From Anthoceros angustus (Eukaryota; Plantae; Anthocerotophyta): a stretch of DNA of 64,000 nucleotides. The notes beneath the pieces were generated by a model that was given only the letters and a program-made list of their open reading frames with translations, did no database searches and was not told the origin of the DNA. The stretch is from contig MU008155.1 of NCBI GenBank assembly GCA_010909165.1, positions 744,001-808,000 of the forward strand, written 5' to 3'. Each line of letters starts with the position of its first letter. Positions within the stretch are counted from its first letter, which is position 1. Position numbers and translations under genes: made by a program. Positions 39,247 through 53,400 of the stretch are shown here, one piece after another.

Positions 39247-42200
39247 TGTGGTGGGAGGTTCCGGGACCCCGGAACCCTCAGCCTGCGGCCACACTTATCC
39301 CATCGGTTCGTCGGTGGGTTTCGTTCCACGAAGGGTGGGGAGCCCTTCCTTCGGATGGAGGTGCGCCCTCCCCGACCTCTCGACTCTCGGCTCCGTCAGG
39401 CGCCCGGTAACGCCCCTCCTACCGGCCACGGTGACCCACCCTCGGTAAGTCACACTACCCTCGCCCGCGATGACTCGTCGGCGCGGACCTCGTCGCGAGC
39501 CGCCCAATGCGGCGACCTTGGGACCCCAAATCACCGTCTGATGGGCAATCCTCCCACCAGCAGTTCCTACACTCCCTAAGACCCTTCTCATGACAAATTT
39601 GGGGCCGCCCCTCAAGCTCTTATCCACCCTTGAAATTTCACCTTCCCTCTCTTTTCTAGGTTTCTTCCTCCTCTCTTCTCTTTTTGTCTTTTCTCTTTTC
39701 TCTCTTGCTCCTTCCTTCTCCTCTCTTGCTCCCTATCCTCTCTAGCTCCTCTCTCGTCCTCTCTCGCTCTCACTCTCTCGCTCTCGCTCTCTCTTTTCTT
39801 TTCTCTTTTCTCTCTTTTCTCCTCTCTTCTCCTCTCTTCTCTAATCTACCTCTTCCACTCTTCCTAGCTAACTTCTCCTACAGGCCCTCACAGCCTCCCG
39901 GCAAGCGCCTCGGATCATAGGGCATTGCCCTCACGGACCTAGGCGGACATTGGGCTGCAAGTGGCGTCCGCGTCTTTGGATTTTGCTAGGGGTCTTCCCG
40001 ATGCAGCCCGCACCGTTCACGCAACCACAATGCCGCTCCCTCACGCTCGAGCGCTACCGGCTGCTACCTCCGGAAAGAAAGGTTTGGGCCCGCCCCTCAC
40101 CACAGTCACCGCACCTCAAGACCCTACCGGACACCATGCACCCTCACACGGTCGGCCGCGCTTGTGTAGCAAGACAAGCACACAGTCGGAGAGCAAGGCA
40201 TGACATTTTATTATGGGAGCTCCTCCCCTCTTATAGGAGCTCCCCAAACCCTAGCATTAATTAAGTCGGTGGGGTAGGTGGGGTTGCTTACGGTTTTAAG
40301 TAGGTGGCCTCTTAAAGGTTCTTAACCTACCTCCTAACAATCCCACTAACCCCTAGGGGTCTTAATGACCCATTCACTCCCCTACCAACTATCGCCTACT
40401 TCTTCTTGGGTGTTGGCCCAACCACCATCTTCCTCCTCTTGGCTTGGGCTCCCGTCAGGATCTCTTCACTCGTCGTCGCGGGAACCTCCACACTGTCTCG
40501 GCCGATCGCTGAGGCATTGAACGCCACCCCTCTTGCAGGCGCTCTTGTAGAGGCACGGCCTCTATAGCCATCTGCGCCGCATGCAATTACCTCCAGGCGG
40601 TTGGGTGTTGGTGCAACTCTCCACTTGACACCCCACCAACTCTACCGGCTGAAATCTCTTCCTCTTCCATTGGCTCCTCCCATTGAGCCTTACGCATCCA
40701 TTCACTCTCCAAGTCCCGAATCTCGAGGCGGGGTGCAATTCTTCCAAAATCTCCCCATCGTCATCGTGGGGACCCAACAACTTCCTTGTCAACAAGGCGC
40801 ATCTCCTTGGCAAACTTGTTGACCCTAGCATGTAAGTGGACACATCATCTCACGGCCCTTCAAACAAATCTCATCAAATTCCTCGGGCCACTCTCACGAG
40901 GCTATCTTACCATAGCATCCCTCTCAAGCGTCACCTCACTCAAGCAGGCTGTAAGTGACATTCTCGACATCTCTCTTCCATGCCTCCGGTATCCCTTCGC
41001 CATGCATAATCGGCTGGGCGTTGCTTCTGACGACCATGCGATGCATCATTTTCCTCGGTGGGCTACCTCTTCCTTCCACCGTTGGTCGACCTCCGTTGCT
41101 TGCTTTAGGAGCTCCTCACGCTCCTTGCTCCATGTGGCTGTCCTTCCTCCAGCTCCTTGAGCTTGGCCTCGATTCTTCATTCTTGGCTTGGCGGCCTCGG
41201 CCTCCAGGCAGTCTTGATCGTCCCTATTCTCTTTTCTTCTCGGCTGAAGAAATGAGTAGCTTGCCGCTCCTTCCACCGGGAGTCTCCTCAATTTTCTGAT
41301 TGAGGGTAGCCACTTCCTTCATTCGCTCCCTACTTTCTTGTCTCAGCCTCTGTTCTTCAATCTTGCTGAGCCCCAACCTTCTCTCCAGGTCAACTAGGCG
41401 CCCTTTTGCCAGCGCCATCTCCTTGATAGCCTTGCTATCCTTCTCCCCACCTGACTGTAGGGCAATCGCTTTGGCTGTCCTGACGACAGCTCTCACCTCC
41501 AACTCCTCTACTTCACCTGAGCTTGCTTCACTAATGGAGTGTCAATTAGGCGGCGGATGGTGAGATCCTTCAAAGCCTTTGTCTTCTCATTCCCCTCACA
41601 GGGTGACTCGGCGCCTTTCTCTTGGTGGCGGTCTCTCCACTCTGGCCGATGTTGGGTGGAACTCCAGACTCGGTCATCTCGGGGTGGGTTACATCCACCA
41701 CCACACTCCATGGGGTTGCCTCACAGACACATGGTGGCACCGCCACCTCTTCCTCTTGTGCCCTGTCTCCCCACAGACGGCACTTCTCCTTCCTTGGCGT
41801 CGGGGCCGGGGTGGTCTCATCATCCAGATCACCACACGAGGTGGAGCACTTCCTTGCTCCACCTTGGGTTCCTCCTCTGCCTTCTTCACCTTCTTAGGGA
41901 GGGACCCTGTCTCCCTCGGAGGGACCACTTCAAACGGCTGGTAAGACTCCTCCAGCTCTTCTTCCGTCAGTAACCCATGTGCCCCCCACAACTGCACAAG
42001 GTAAGTACTCAAATGGCTGTGCCTCGCCCCCTCATTGTCCACAATGTTTGGCCTCAGCAGCTTGTCTCGGTGATGCTCATAGGCCCAGCATGGTTGTCCC
42101 CCAGTCAGGCTGAGCTCCTTGCTTCAGCTTCCACATGAAATGAAAGAATGCACTGCTGAAGTAGGTGGTTCGCTGACAGCAGGTCAGCCCCAAAACTATC

Positions 42201-42762
42201 CTTGTAAAAAGCTTCCACTTGAGGTCAGCAATCTTATCTATCCTCCAGCCATTCCGCGTCTTCGCGTCTATCCCTCCGATGAGCATGCTGAGAGCTTCCT
42301 CAGGAAGGTCAGCCACCACTGCTCTCTTTCCATCTTCATTCCTCTCCGTGGGAGCCACACCATCACTCTCGGTTTCTGGCCTCCCATACACCTTACGAAT
42401 GTCTTTGGGCGGTCCATCCCTTGGATCATCCGCGTTCCTCTCCGTCAGTCTCTGTTTCTCCCTCTGGGTTCATTGCTGTGGCAAGACTCAACCAATTCCA
42501 CATTAGAATAGGCCCAATGCCTATCGTAAACCTGGAGCTGCACATTTTCGTGATTTGTCGAAAATCCCATAAGTCTCTGGAGGAGACTTGCGCTGGCTAC
42601 AAAATCTGGCCCCTCCTTCTCGGCTGATCCTTCTCGGGCTTCTCCTTCACTTTTTTCTTTCTTCTTCTCCTTTTGTGAGTCGCTCCCTCCTTGCTGGGCC
42701 TTGCGCCTCCTCCGGGGCATTGCAGCGTCTTCATCTTCCATACGCCTTAGACGGTCTAGCTT
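39247..42762 (-). repeat. Element D 5' LTR, 3' portion (rest at 60963-61882)
   Basis: Near-identical to 10345-13750; cut by element C. Confidence 0.9.
40390..42740 (-). pseudogene. LTR-borne accessory ORF of element D, 5' LTR copy
   Basis: ORF 42077-42391 reads NGWRIDKIADLKWKLFTRIVLGLT..TTYFSSAFFHFMWKLKQGAQPDWG; ORF 41224-41502 is a coiled coil. Confidence 0.68.
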
Positions 42763-43758
42763 TGTGGTGACCACATGGTACTCGAGACCCCCTCGGAAGG
42801 AGTGTTTTTTTTGTTTTGTGTTTAAGTTTAGAATCGTGTGGAGTGGGAATGTGAAGTAGGTTAGGAAATAAAGAAAAGTCTACTAGAGCCTAGTAGGAGG
42901 AAGAGAGTCTAGTCGATCACAGGGACAACCACGGAGGTTGGCTTGGTCGGCCGTTGCTAACGCAGTTGCTAGGGCCGTTGCTAGCAGGGGCTGTTGCTAT
43001 GACCACAACCGAGAGCCTGTTGCTATGGTAGCAACCAAGTTGGAGTTTCTTTCAATGACTTCGAAAATCCAATCGGATGGAATTACAAGGAATACCCAAA
43101 CGGAAGTAAGGGGGTCCTATTGGCAATTAAACGATTGGCGGGAAGAGGATTTGCATCGAATCCAAAGCGGATTGAAGACGGCGCGCCTCAAGCTCGAGCG
43201 TAATGTGTGACGGAGCGAGCGAGGAAGGACACAAGGGCGGTGGCACGCGGAGTCGCTGAATCAGACGGCCGGCCGAGAGGGAATCGATTGGTGGCAGTCC
43301 GGAGGATGCGTGAGGCGGAGGTGGGCGGCGAGCCAGGGCTGCCGAAGTTGGGAAGAGCACGGTGGGTTGGATAGGGCCAGTGAAGTGGCTGTAGGAAGGC
43401 TCATAAAATTGGTGGAAAAGCGGTGTGGTCGGAATGGTGCATCTGGAAGCAGTCCGAGGAATGTCACAGAAAACATAGGGATTCTTATAACCGAGGAAGC
43501 GGGGAGCATGGTCACGCCACAAGGTCGTTGGGCATGCCGGAGTAGCCGGGTGACAGGAGTAACACGAGGGCTGGAATAATCGACCGAGCGCGGTCACAGG
43601 CGGATAGGGGGGAGACAAGTGCATCAGGTCACGCTTAACCGTGATTGCAGGATTCCGAGTAAAATCGGTAGGACACTCCACCACCGTGATGGAAGCCGAC
43701 AGCGATGTTCCAGGATCCTCGGTCTTGCGTGTGGCTAAGCGGGAATTTCGGGACGAGC

Positions 43759-45806
43759 ATGGCGCCTAAGAAGAATACTCCACGCCATTGAGGCCATTAC
43801 GACGCCCAATGGCCCAATATGGGGCACCGGAGAGTGAAGGCGGGTCTTTGGTGGCTAAGCATCACCGTCCTTCATGGACAAAAGTGGTGCTACAATAGCT
43901 ACGTTGGTTTTGGAGTGTGCAGAGCGCATGAGGAGAAGGCCATAGGGAAGGCAACGTGAGGACCAACCCCGTGGAATATTCAATTGTTCGGCTGTTTATG
44001 AGAGACCAAGAGGAATGTGGCGGGATAATCATTGACCCTTTCAGAAACCATCTCCTCAAAAGCGCAGGAGGCACAAGCGTCATTGCTCCCACATTGTCTA
44101 GGGTGGAGAATGGTGGGTCACCAACAAGCTAGACCACAGTGGCGGATTAGCCAAGTGGATCCTGCTCTCACTCACTAAGAAGCTAGAGCACATTCGACCA
44201 TTTCCTTGTCTTTCTCTATGAGGTGGTGAGAGGGTCCAAGATAGATTGGGCCAGGATGTTCTATGACACAATGCGAGGAGAGGGACCACTTGACCCTACC
44301 ATCACCTAGCCCCTCAGCTCTATCTCCTTCTTAATCCACGTTTTGACCATGCCAAGTTCTTTGGAGGGAATGGAGATGGTCTCACCTTTCATGGAGGCCG
44401 GTGTTTGAAAGAAGGAAGCCCAAAGAGGAGTCGGAGGAAGAGGCCATCTCCGTGGCACCGGGAGTGAAGATGAGAAGTCCAAGTGTCCATGAAAAGGAAT
44501 GTGACTGCTAAGGTGGCGGCCATGTTGCTAACAAAGCAACTGGGTTGCTAAGGACAGTACCAAGAGGAGCCGGGGAGCAACGGGACTCCAACCACCTAGA
44601 GCCACAAGAGCACGGGAGCTCACACCGAGAGCAAGGCAAGGCCAGGCAGCACCAATATCCCGGGGAGCCGTGGGAAACCACAGTCAGGAGGAATCAGCCC
44701 AACCTTGGGCACACTGATCCGAAAGTCACTACTGCTCAAGGGTGACCCTCAAGTATACCCGGAAGTGTGGGGAGGTCGACAGATAGGAAGGAGGGAGCCC
44801 ATTCCCAGAAGGTTTGGGACCTAACATCACCCTCAGAGTTGGTTTCAGCTATGGCACGCACTAGGGCGAGATGGAAGATCGATAGCTCGTCCTCTCCTTG
44901 TTAGGTTTACAGCGCAAGGGAAGCAACAGGAGCTGAGGAGCTCCGGAGATGAAGAAGGAGAAGGAGGTTTTGGAGGGACGCCTTAGCATGGAAGTGGAAA
45001 TAGGAAGGTCCGAGAGAGTTGCGTGGAAGTCAAGGATCGAAACCCTCATGGCTCTCTCCGACACAGCACCATAGGAGGCTGCAGAATGTTATTTCGGATG
45101 CACAAGTGCGGTGAAACCTCGGATGCCTCGGCGCTACAAGAAGGAGAGGGACGAGGCTAGGAAAGGTGGAAGGAGGCCAAGAGGGCCGGGATTGCAAGGA
45201 GGGCCACCGTGGAAGAGGCGAGCTCCATGGAAGAATCACGTCAGTTAGCAAGGGGTTGCTAAGCAAGCAACCGCTAAAACAACGCACTGCTAGGAAGCAA
45301 ACCCCCGGCTCGGGAAGCAACAACAGCTCTCAAGACCAAAGCCACAACAAGGAAGAAGGAACAAGACCGGGAGGAGGACAACAGCTGGGGAGCGGGTAAG
45401 CACCGCCTAAGAAGTCTAACTTCCCAATGGTGCATTAGATTGAGGATGCTTATCAAGATAATCATGTGCCCGGATTCTCCTTGGCTGGAGAGAAGATTGT
45501 CTCCGAAAGTTTATGTTGTTGTGGGCACAGGGGGACATGGAGGTACTTGATCCATGCCTTGGCGGCACCGGATCCTACCTATGGGTTGGATTCTTGGAGG
45601 AGACTTTCACCGACCCATCCGATTCAAGAGCTCACCGAGGAGGAGTACTGGCTATGCGGCGAGCACAAGAGAGGGAGGAGTCCAGTCCGAGGAGGTGGAG
45701 ATTTGTGGAGAGATTGCCCAACCAGCCAAGAGGAGAAGAGCAAGAGGAGAACATGGGGCTAGGCCTAGGAGGCCCAGAGGTAATAGGGGTAAGTGGCCCG
45801 AAATAG
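43759..45806 (+). pseudogene. LTR-borne accessory ORF of element C, 5' LTR copy (~2 kb, frameshifted)
   Basis: MAPKKNTP..AQWPNMGHRRVK, GLAKWILLSLTKKL, FLVFLYEVVRGSKIDWARMFY, coiled coil, and C-terminal MCPDSPW..KFMLLWAQGDMEVLDPCL. Confidence 0.75.
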
Positions 45807-45933
45807 CTAAGGCCCATGTGTTATAGACTAATCTTCCCTCATAGTGGATAGAATTAAGAGATAGGCCTCTAGGATTGGTAGGCTAAGGGATTGGTATTTT
45901 GGCAGCCAAGCTGCTTTTTGGGGTGATCTTGGG

Positions 45934-45941
45934 TATAAGAG
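45934..45941 (+). promoter_or_regulatory. Candidate TATA box TATAAGAG in C LTR
   Basis: Conserved octamer ~130 bp after the accessory ORF end. Confidence 0.55.
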
Positions 45942-47344
45942 GCACCCTCTTGATGAAATGTAAGCAATGTTGGCCTAAAGTCTCGGTGTTTGGGTGAGCA
46001 CGGGGTTTGGGGGTACCGATCCAAAGGTCGTGAGTCTAGACACCGCTCTGAGGAGAGAAGACTACCAAGTTGCCCGGATCGTGGCCGGATCCGCAAGAGT
46101 GGTGGAAAGCAAGGGAGGAGCCTGTGGTCTCCTTGGAGGAGTTCCCAAGGTCAAGAGGAAGGGGTTGTGAAGCCGGGAGGCTGTCCATTCTCTTACTCAT
46201 TCTCTTGACTTGTCTAGTACTCACCTTGTGTTTGAGTTTTTCAGTGTCGAGGTCATGTGGGAAAAGGAGACAAGGCGGGAGCCTGTGGGTGGAAGAAGGA
46301 GAAGGAGGAGCCTGTGGGTTTGTATGTTTTGGAAAATGTGAGCGAAAAGTGAACGTGAGAGGAGTGGAGAATCTGACATGGAGAGTTCTTGATTGGCTGT
46401 GAGAGAAGTAAGAGGGATTGGGAGAGTCATGAGTGATGTTTGCCGAGAAAGTGGAGATTGAATGAGGCCGTGAGGTGTGAGAACAAGGAGGCGGAAGGGA
46501 GTTGCAGGAGAACTTGGGGAGTATGGAGAGAGAGAGAGAGGTACCTGGGGAGAGCACAGGAGGTGTGAGAACAAGGAGGCGGAAGGGGTTGCGAGGAAAC
46601 TTGGGGAGTATGGAGAGAGAGAGGTACCTCGGGAGGTGAGAGCCGGAGAGGACTGTATGAAGCTTGGGAGGAAAGCTGAAAGGTTGGAGGGAAGAAAGAG
46701 AGATCGGGAAGTGAGAGGAGGTGGGTTGTGTGATCGGCAACCACGATTGGTGGATCTAACTTTGTGGAAGGAGAGAGAGAGGTGTCAACCTTATCCACTT
46801 GGACCCCAAGTGGCCCCACCTTCTATTAATAGCGACTGATCCCAGATGGACCCACTGCTAAAATAGAGGGTGGTTGCTAAGATAGCGCCGGGTTGCTAAG
46901 GTAGCAGGTCGCGGCTAAGATAGCCACGAAGTGTTACCAGTAAGGAGGTGGGTTGTGTGATCGGCAACCACGATTGGTGGATCTAACTTTGTGGAAGGAT
47001 AAGAGAGGGTGTCAATCTTATCCACTTGGACCCCAAGTGGGCCCCACCTTCTATTAATAGCCCAACCCAGATGGACCCCACTAAAATAGAGGGTGGTTGC
47101 TAAGATAGCAACCGGTCGTCCGTGCTAAGGTAGCAAGTGGTGGCTAAGATAGCCATGTGTCCGAGTGTTAGGATAGTAGCACAGTCATCGCTAGATGTTT
47201 TGTATGTTGTTTGGTTGGATTGGCTATGTTTTGGTTGTCTTGACACGAAATCACTCCTTGGGTACGAATCTCAAGTCTACAACGATAAAGAGGGTAAATG
47301 TGGCCTCTTTGTGACCACTTGGTTTAGAAAATCACTCCACATTT

Positions 47345-47360
47345 TGGCGCCGTTGCGGGA
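47345..47360 (+). other. Primer binding site of element C (tRNA-Asp type)
   Basis: TGGCGCCGTTGCGGGA after ...CCACA-TTT. Confidence 0.9.
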
Positions 47361-47433
47361 GTGTCATTGTTGTCAAGACCTTAGAGTAGACTAACCTTGT
47401 CTAGTAGTGTATTGGGAGTCTTGAGTGTGATAC

Positions 47434-50400
47434 ATGGATGCTACCCATTGAGTCTCGAAAGTTCCGACTCCGTGAAGAGAAGACTCAAAGAAGACAACGC
47501 TGCCGTGGAGCGAGGGCGAAGGGCAGCAGAGCCGAGGAGAGCACAGAAACGCACTGCGGAGGAGCCAAGAAGCAAGCAACAGTGCCTAGGGTGACAGCCA
47601 TCCTTGTCTTCGACCTCCGTCGAACTTGTGCACTGTGAACTCAAGAACTTTTGACAGCTAATGAGATCCTGCTAGACCAACAATCGCGGTTCGGATAGTG
47701 ACGACCGTCATGGCGACTTGGCCTTTTGCAATAACTACTAGCGCCATACCCATGGAGAGAAGAAGGGTATGAAGATCCGACGAGTTTGTTGAACGCTTGA
47801 GCAACTAACCATTGCAAATCGTGAACTGGGATCGCGCATTCACTCTTCTACGGAGTTCTTCGCGGAGGGCCAGCCAAGTGGTACAAGAGGGAGTACCTCA
47901 AGGCATCGGCACCCCCAGCAACCTTCAACGAACTGAAGAAAGCCTTTTGTGAGAGGTTCAGGGGAATAGATGTAGAAGGCTACGTGTTGTCAAAGTTGGA
48001 GTTTTTGAGGAGAAGAAGGAAGGAGACCTTGCAAGCTTATGTTGAGAGGTTTCTTAACTTGCGTGATCGTAGTGGTCCTCACTCGATTCTGTGCCATTCG
48101 GTGGTTTGCTAAGGTTAGGTTAGATGGGCCGACATGTGAGGCTGCAAGCGGAGAAGGACGTAGACAAGGCCATCAAGGCGGCACTCAACTACGAAGAATC
48201 CAACTCCTTGGACAAGAAGAAGCACAAGAAGGAAAAGAGCAAGAAGAAGAAGTCCAAGCGAGGGAAGAAGGACAAGGGATCTTCGTCGTCGGAGGAAGAA
48301 TCTTCAGAGGAGAGTGACTCCTCTCAAGACTCAGACTCGGAGGACTCTTCCTCGGAGGATGGCAGCACGGAGGAAGAATCCTCGGAGACGAGAGACGCAG
48401 AAGAAGAAGAAGGTTGACATCGCTAAGAAGAAACCAGGCTCGAGGATCAAGGGAGCTGGCCAGCTAAACAAGAGGTCGCTAGTGCTAAGAAGGAAGTGGA
48501 ACAAGTCAAGAGGGAGGCTGAAGTCAAGAAGGTGCAACAAAGAAATGAAGATGGAGGAAATGATGAGCAAATTCGAGAAGTTTCACCTCAACGTGAAGGA
48601 GCATGAGAAGAGGAGAGCGCATCCACGTTCTCGGGCTAACTGCTTTGTTCCACTTGTGGCCAGCCAGCCACACCAAGTCCAACTCATGTGGCCAAGGTGC
48701 ACATGCTCGCCACGAGGAGGAGGAAGAGGATCGCCGGAGGATACCTACCGATCCGTGGAGGTTTCCTGGACAAGACAAGACTGCCCATCCATCGATGCTG
48801 CGAAATTCCATGGGGCATTCGTAACAACCAAGTGCCTGTGGTTGCTAACCAAGCAACGGTGTGGTTCGGTCTACTAGAGGCTTTGGTCATTATGCAAATA
48901 GCTCATCGCCAACAAGAAGCCAATGGTGACTACGAACGGCGTGCCAAGACCGCAAACAATGTGGTCATGTAGCGGAGTGTCACTTGCCCAAACCGAGGAA
49001 GACTGCTCAATTGCTCAACCACACCGAGTTCAACAAGCATCCCAAGGAGCCGCCATGCACGTGGAGGATGCCCTTATGGTCGCTTTGGGAGGATGCGAAG
49101 CCATGGTGTTGCGGGAGCTAGATGGACTGGGGGTGTGGAGAGACTACTACGGAGGCTGCAGCCATGGTCAGGCGCACTAGGAGTGAAAAGCTAGGAGGAA
49201 GTCATGAAGAAGAAAGAGACGGAGGTGGAATCACCACAAAGTCCAAGAGAGCACTCCAAGCCCGGAGGGAACGGATCTAGAGGAGACACTTGAGAAGGAG
49301 AACCCGAGAAGGAAGAATCAAGGAGTGAATCGCCTGGGGCCATGCTGGAAGAAGTTCCAAAGAAAAGGGAGAGGAAACCCGAGTTTCCACCGGACGTCGG
49401 GGAAGTCATGGAGATGATAGAGGAGGAATTGACCAAGACAAACCGCCGAGCTCGTGATCCCGAGACCGCAGAAGTCCTCCGAGTTAGCAACCGTTGCTAA
49501 GGCGGCCGTTATAAGCAAACGCCAACGTTGTTGCTAAGGGAGCAACCGCGATCGCTGGGAAGAAGGAGGGACCGATCGAGGACCATTTAACCTTGCCGAA
49601 GCCATCATGGATCGCAATTTGCCATCACGTTTGGTCAACTATTGAAGGACAACCAAGTACAGCAACAAGTTCGAGGGCCTTGCAAGAAGCGCAACCCAAG
49701 AGGAAGAGGCGATTGCCCAAGCCAGACCAAGGGTGACTCTGATCAACCTAGTGTCCATGATAGACCAAGGGCCAGCGGAGCTGCAAGTGGAGATCGCTGG
49801 CTGTGTCATCAAGCGGGTTCCCTTGGATACCGGATCCGGTGAACATCATGACGGAAGGGATAGCAAGGAAGCTTGGGTTGGACATTGAGCATACCACCAA
49901 GGTCGAGATTGGTGACATGTCAAAAATGCACTGGGAGAATCAAGGAGTAACCACCATCATAGGGACCATTCCCTATCTCATGGACTATGTGGTTATCCAA
50001 AGACAAGGCGCCAGTACGACATCCTATTGGGAAGGACCATGGCTCAAGATGCAAGATGACTTGGGGAGGAAGGAAGTGGCTTTTAAGCCAATGGATTGGG
50101 ACCCCAAGACAAGGAGGGCGAATTTGTTTGAGTTGGAGCAGGATACCCTCGTGGGGAGACTCCTACAAGAACGGAAGGATACACATCACCGGAGAAACAT
50201 CGACTGGAGGAAGAAGGAGGAAATTGGACAAATTTCCTTTTGCACATATCGCATGGTCGATGAGGAGGAAGAGTATAGGAGGGATATCCCTTACTCCCTC
50301 AATTTGGTGGACGCTTTGGTTCATGGAGGACGCACCAGGGAGGAGGCAGACAGCTGCTAACGAGGCGGTTGCTAAGGAAACCGATTTCGGCGGTTGCTAA

Positions 50401-53400
50401 GGAAGGACAACGAGAACAGGTGAAAGGGTGAGCCGAGATCATTCGATTCACCTCGAGGACCTATTTAGGAGTGGGGATGAGGGAAGAGGACCTCGTGAAC
50501 CGGAGGAAGGGTTTGGTGAGAGTTCAAGACCCGTGGAGCGAGAATGGGTACAAGCGGACGAGATTAAGGATGTGGAGGTATTGCCCGAAGGTGCTGAAGT
50601 TTGCACGAATGGAACCAGCGTTGGAAGAAGGAATGAAAAGCCGAGTTCATCGACGTGTTTGCCTTTGAGGTGAGATATGAAGGGATTCCCAAGAAGTGGG
50701 GAGCATAGGATCGATTTGGAGCCGTGGAGCGACTCCGTCAATTCCCAATACAAGCTGAACCCAAAGTACTCACTAAAGGTGAAGGAGCAGCTCGAATTGT
50801 ACTTGAAGGCAGACGTCATCTATCCAATTGTGAACACGGAGTGGGTGGCTCCAATTGTTGTGGTCCCTAAGAAGCAGCCTGGAAAGATTCGAGTATGTCA
50901 AGACTGGAGGAAGCTCAACAAAGCAACCAAGAAGGACCATTTCCCTCCGCCATTCATCGACAACATCCTCGGACTTGGTGGTGGAAGATGTGTGTACTGT
51001 TCTTGACGGGTACTGGGTACAATCACCGCACTTGAGGGAGAGTGACTGCCTCTAACAGCCTTCACGGATTGGGGACCTTGAGAGTGCGTTCGGATTGACG
51101 AGCGCCGTTCCTTCATGCGGAGCATGGTTGAGATCTTCAAGGAGTATCTCCACAAGTTCATGGAGGTATTCCTAGATGATTTTTGTGTGTTTGGGAGTGT
51201 GGAGGAGCACCGGATCACTTGCGGTGGCGAGGTGTCGTGAAACTCAACTTTGCCTACATCCCGAGAAATGCTACTTTGGCATGCGGAGGGATTTTGTTGC
51301 ACAATTTCAGACGAGGCATCAAGTTGATCCGATAAGGTGAAGATGATTGTTGCCCTGAAGCTCCAACAACTCTCAAGGAACTCCGGGGTTCCTTGGCATG
51401 GTGGGCTACTACCGCTTTGTGCCTAACTTTGCTAGGAGGGCTGCTCCTTTGACCAGCTTGTTGAGGAAGGACCAAGAGTGGGGACGGTGAGAGGAGGCAT
51501 TTCAAGATTTGAGGACCACGTTGGTATCAACCCTCAAGGGACCGGGAAGAAGGAGGGACCGATCGAGGACCATTTAACCTTCGCCATCATGGATCAGCTT
51601 TGCTATCACGTTTGGTCAACTATTGAAGGACAACCAATGCAACAAGTTCGGAGGGCCTTGCAAGAAGCGCAACCCAAGAGGAAGAGGCGATTGCCCAAGC
51701 CAGACCAAGGGTCGACCCCTACAACAACCTAGTGTCCATGATAGACCAAGGGCCGGAGTCGCAAGTGGAGATCGCGTGTCATCAAGCGGGTTCCCTTGGA
51801 TACCGGATCCGGTGAACATCATGACGGAAGGGATAGCAAGGAAGCTTGGGTTGGACATTGAGCATACCACCAGGTCGAGATTGGTGACATGTCAAAAATG
51901 CAGCACTGTGGGAGAATCAAGGAGTAACCACCATCATAGGGACCATTCCCTATCTCATGGACTATGTGGTTATCCGGCAAGGCGCCTGTGGTACGACATC
52001 CTATTGGGAGGACCCGTATGGCTCAAGATGCAAGATGACTTGGGGAGGAAGGAAGTGGCTTTTAAGCCAATGGATTGGGACCCCAAGACAAGGAGGGCGA
52101 ATTTGTTTGAGTTGGAGCAGGATACCTCGTGGGGAGACTCCTACACGAACGGAAGGATACACATCTGGAGAAACATCGACTGGAGGAAGAAGGAGAAATT
52201 GGACAAATTTCCTTTTGCACATATCGCATGGTCGGATGAGGAGGAAGAGTATAGGAGGGATATCCCTTACTCCCTCAATTTGGTGGACGCTTTGGTTTCA
52301 TGGAGGACCCCAGCGGAGGAGGTGGACCCGTTGCTAAGGTTGCTAAGGAAGCATCGATTCCGAGGCGGTTGCTAAGGAAGCAAGGAGACGGTCGACAACG
52401 GTGAGGGTGAGCCGTGGATCATTCGATTCACCTCGAGGACCTATTTAGGAGTGGGGATGAGGGAAGAGGACCCTCGTGAACCGGAGGAAGGGTTTGGTGA
52501 GAGTTCAGCACCGTGGAGCGAGAATGGGTACAAGCGGACGAGATTAAGGATGTGGAGGTATTGCCCGAAGGTGCTGAAGTTTGCACAGCTGGAACCAGCG
52601 TTGGAAGAAGGAATGAAAACGCTCCTTGAGTTCATCGACGTGTTTGCCTCGAGGTGAGATATGAAGGGATTCCCAAGAAGTGGGGAGCATAGGATCGATT
52701 TGGAGCCGTGAGCGACTCCGTCAATTCCCAATACAAGCTGAACCCAAAGTACTCACAAGGTGAAGGAGCAGCTTGAATTGTACTTGAAGGGCGTCATCTA
52801 TCCAATCGTGAACACGGAGTGGGTGGCTCCAATTGTTGTGGTTCCTAAGAAGCACCGGAAAGATTCGAGTATGCCAAGACGGAGGAAGCTCAACAAAGCA
52901 ACCAAGAAGGACCATTCCCTCGCCATTCATCGACAACATCCTGGACTTGGTGGTCGGAAGATGTGTGTACTGTTCTTGTACTGGGTACAATCACCGCACT
53001 TGAGGGAGAGTGACTGCCTCTAACAGCCTTCACGGATTGGGGACCTTCGCACAAGAGGAGTGCGTTGATTGACGGGGGTTCCTTCATGCGGAGCATGGTT
53101 GAGATCTTCAAGGAGTATCTCCACAAGTTCATGGAGGTATTCCTAGATGATTTTTGTGTGTTTGGGAGTGTGGAGGAGCACCGGATCACTTGCGGTGGCG
53201 AGGTGTCGTGAAACTCAACTTTGCCTACATCCCGAAAAATGCTACTTTGGCATGCGGGAGGGGATTTTGTTGGGGCACAGAATTTCAGCACGAGGCATCG
53301 AAGTTGATCCAGACAAGGTGAAGATGATTGTTGCCCTGAAGCCTCCAACAACTCTCAAGGAACTCCGGGGGTTCCTTGGCATGGTGGGCTACTACCGACG

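Larger units (their letters stand above)
42763..47341 (+). repeat. Element C 5' LTR (4579 bp)
   Basis: Homologous to 55224-60957 from end to end. Confidence 0.92.

Noticed and set aside
46036-46740. 234 aa minus-strand Ser/Pro/Leu-rich ORF
   Set aside because: Antisense reading of a GA-rich, locally duplicated LTR segment; low complexity and not kept intact in the other LTR.
7121-47360. tRNA genes at the TGGCGC... sites
   Set aside because: Only 15-18 nt complementary to a tRNA 3' end, next to LTR ends; these are primer binding sites with no cloverleaf.
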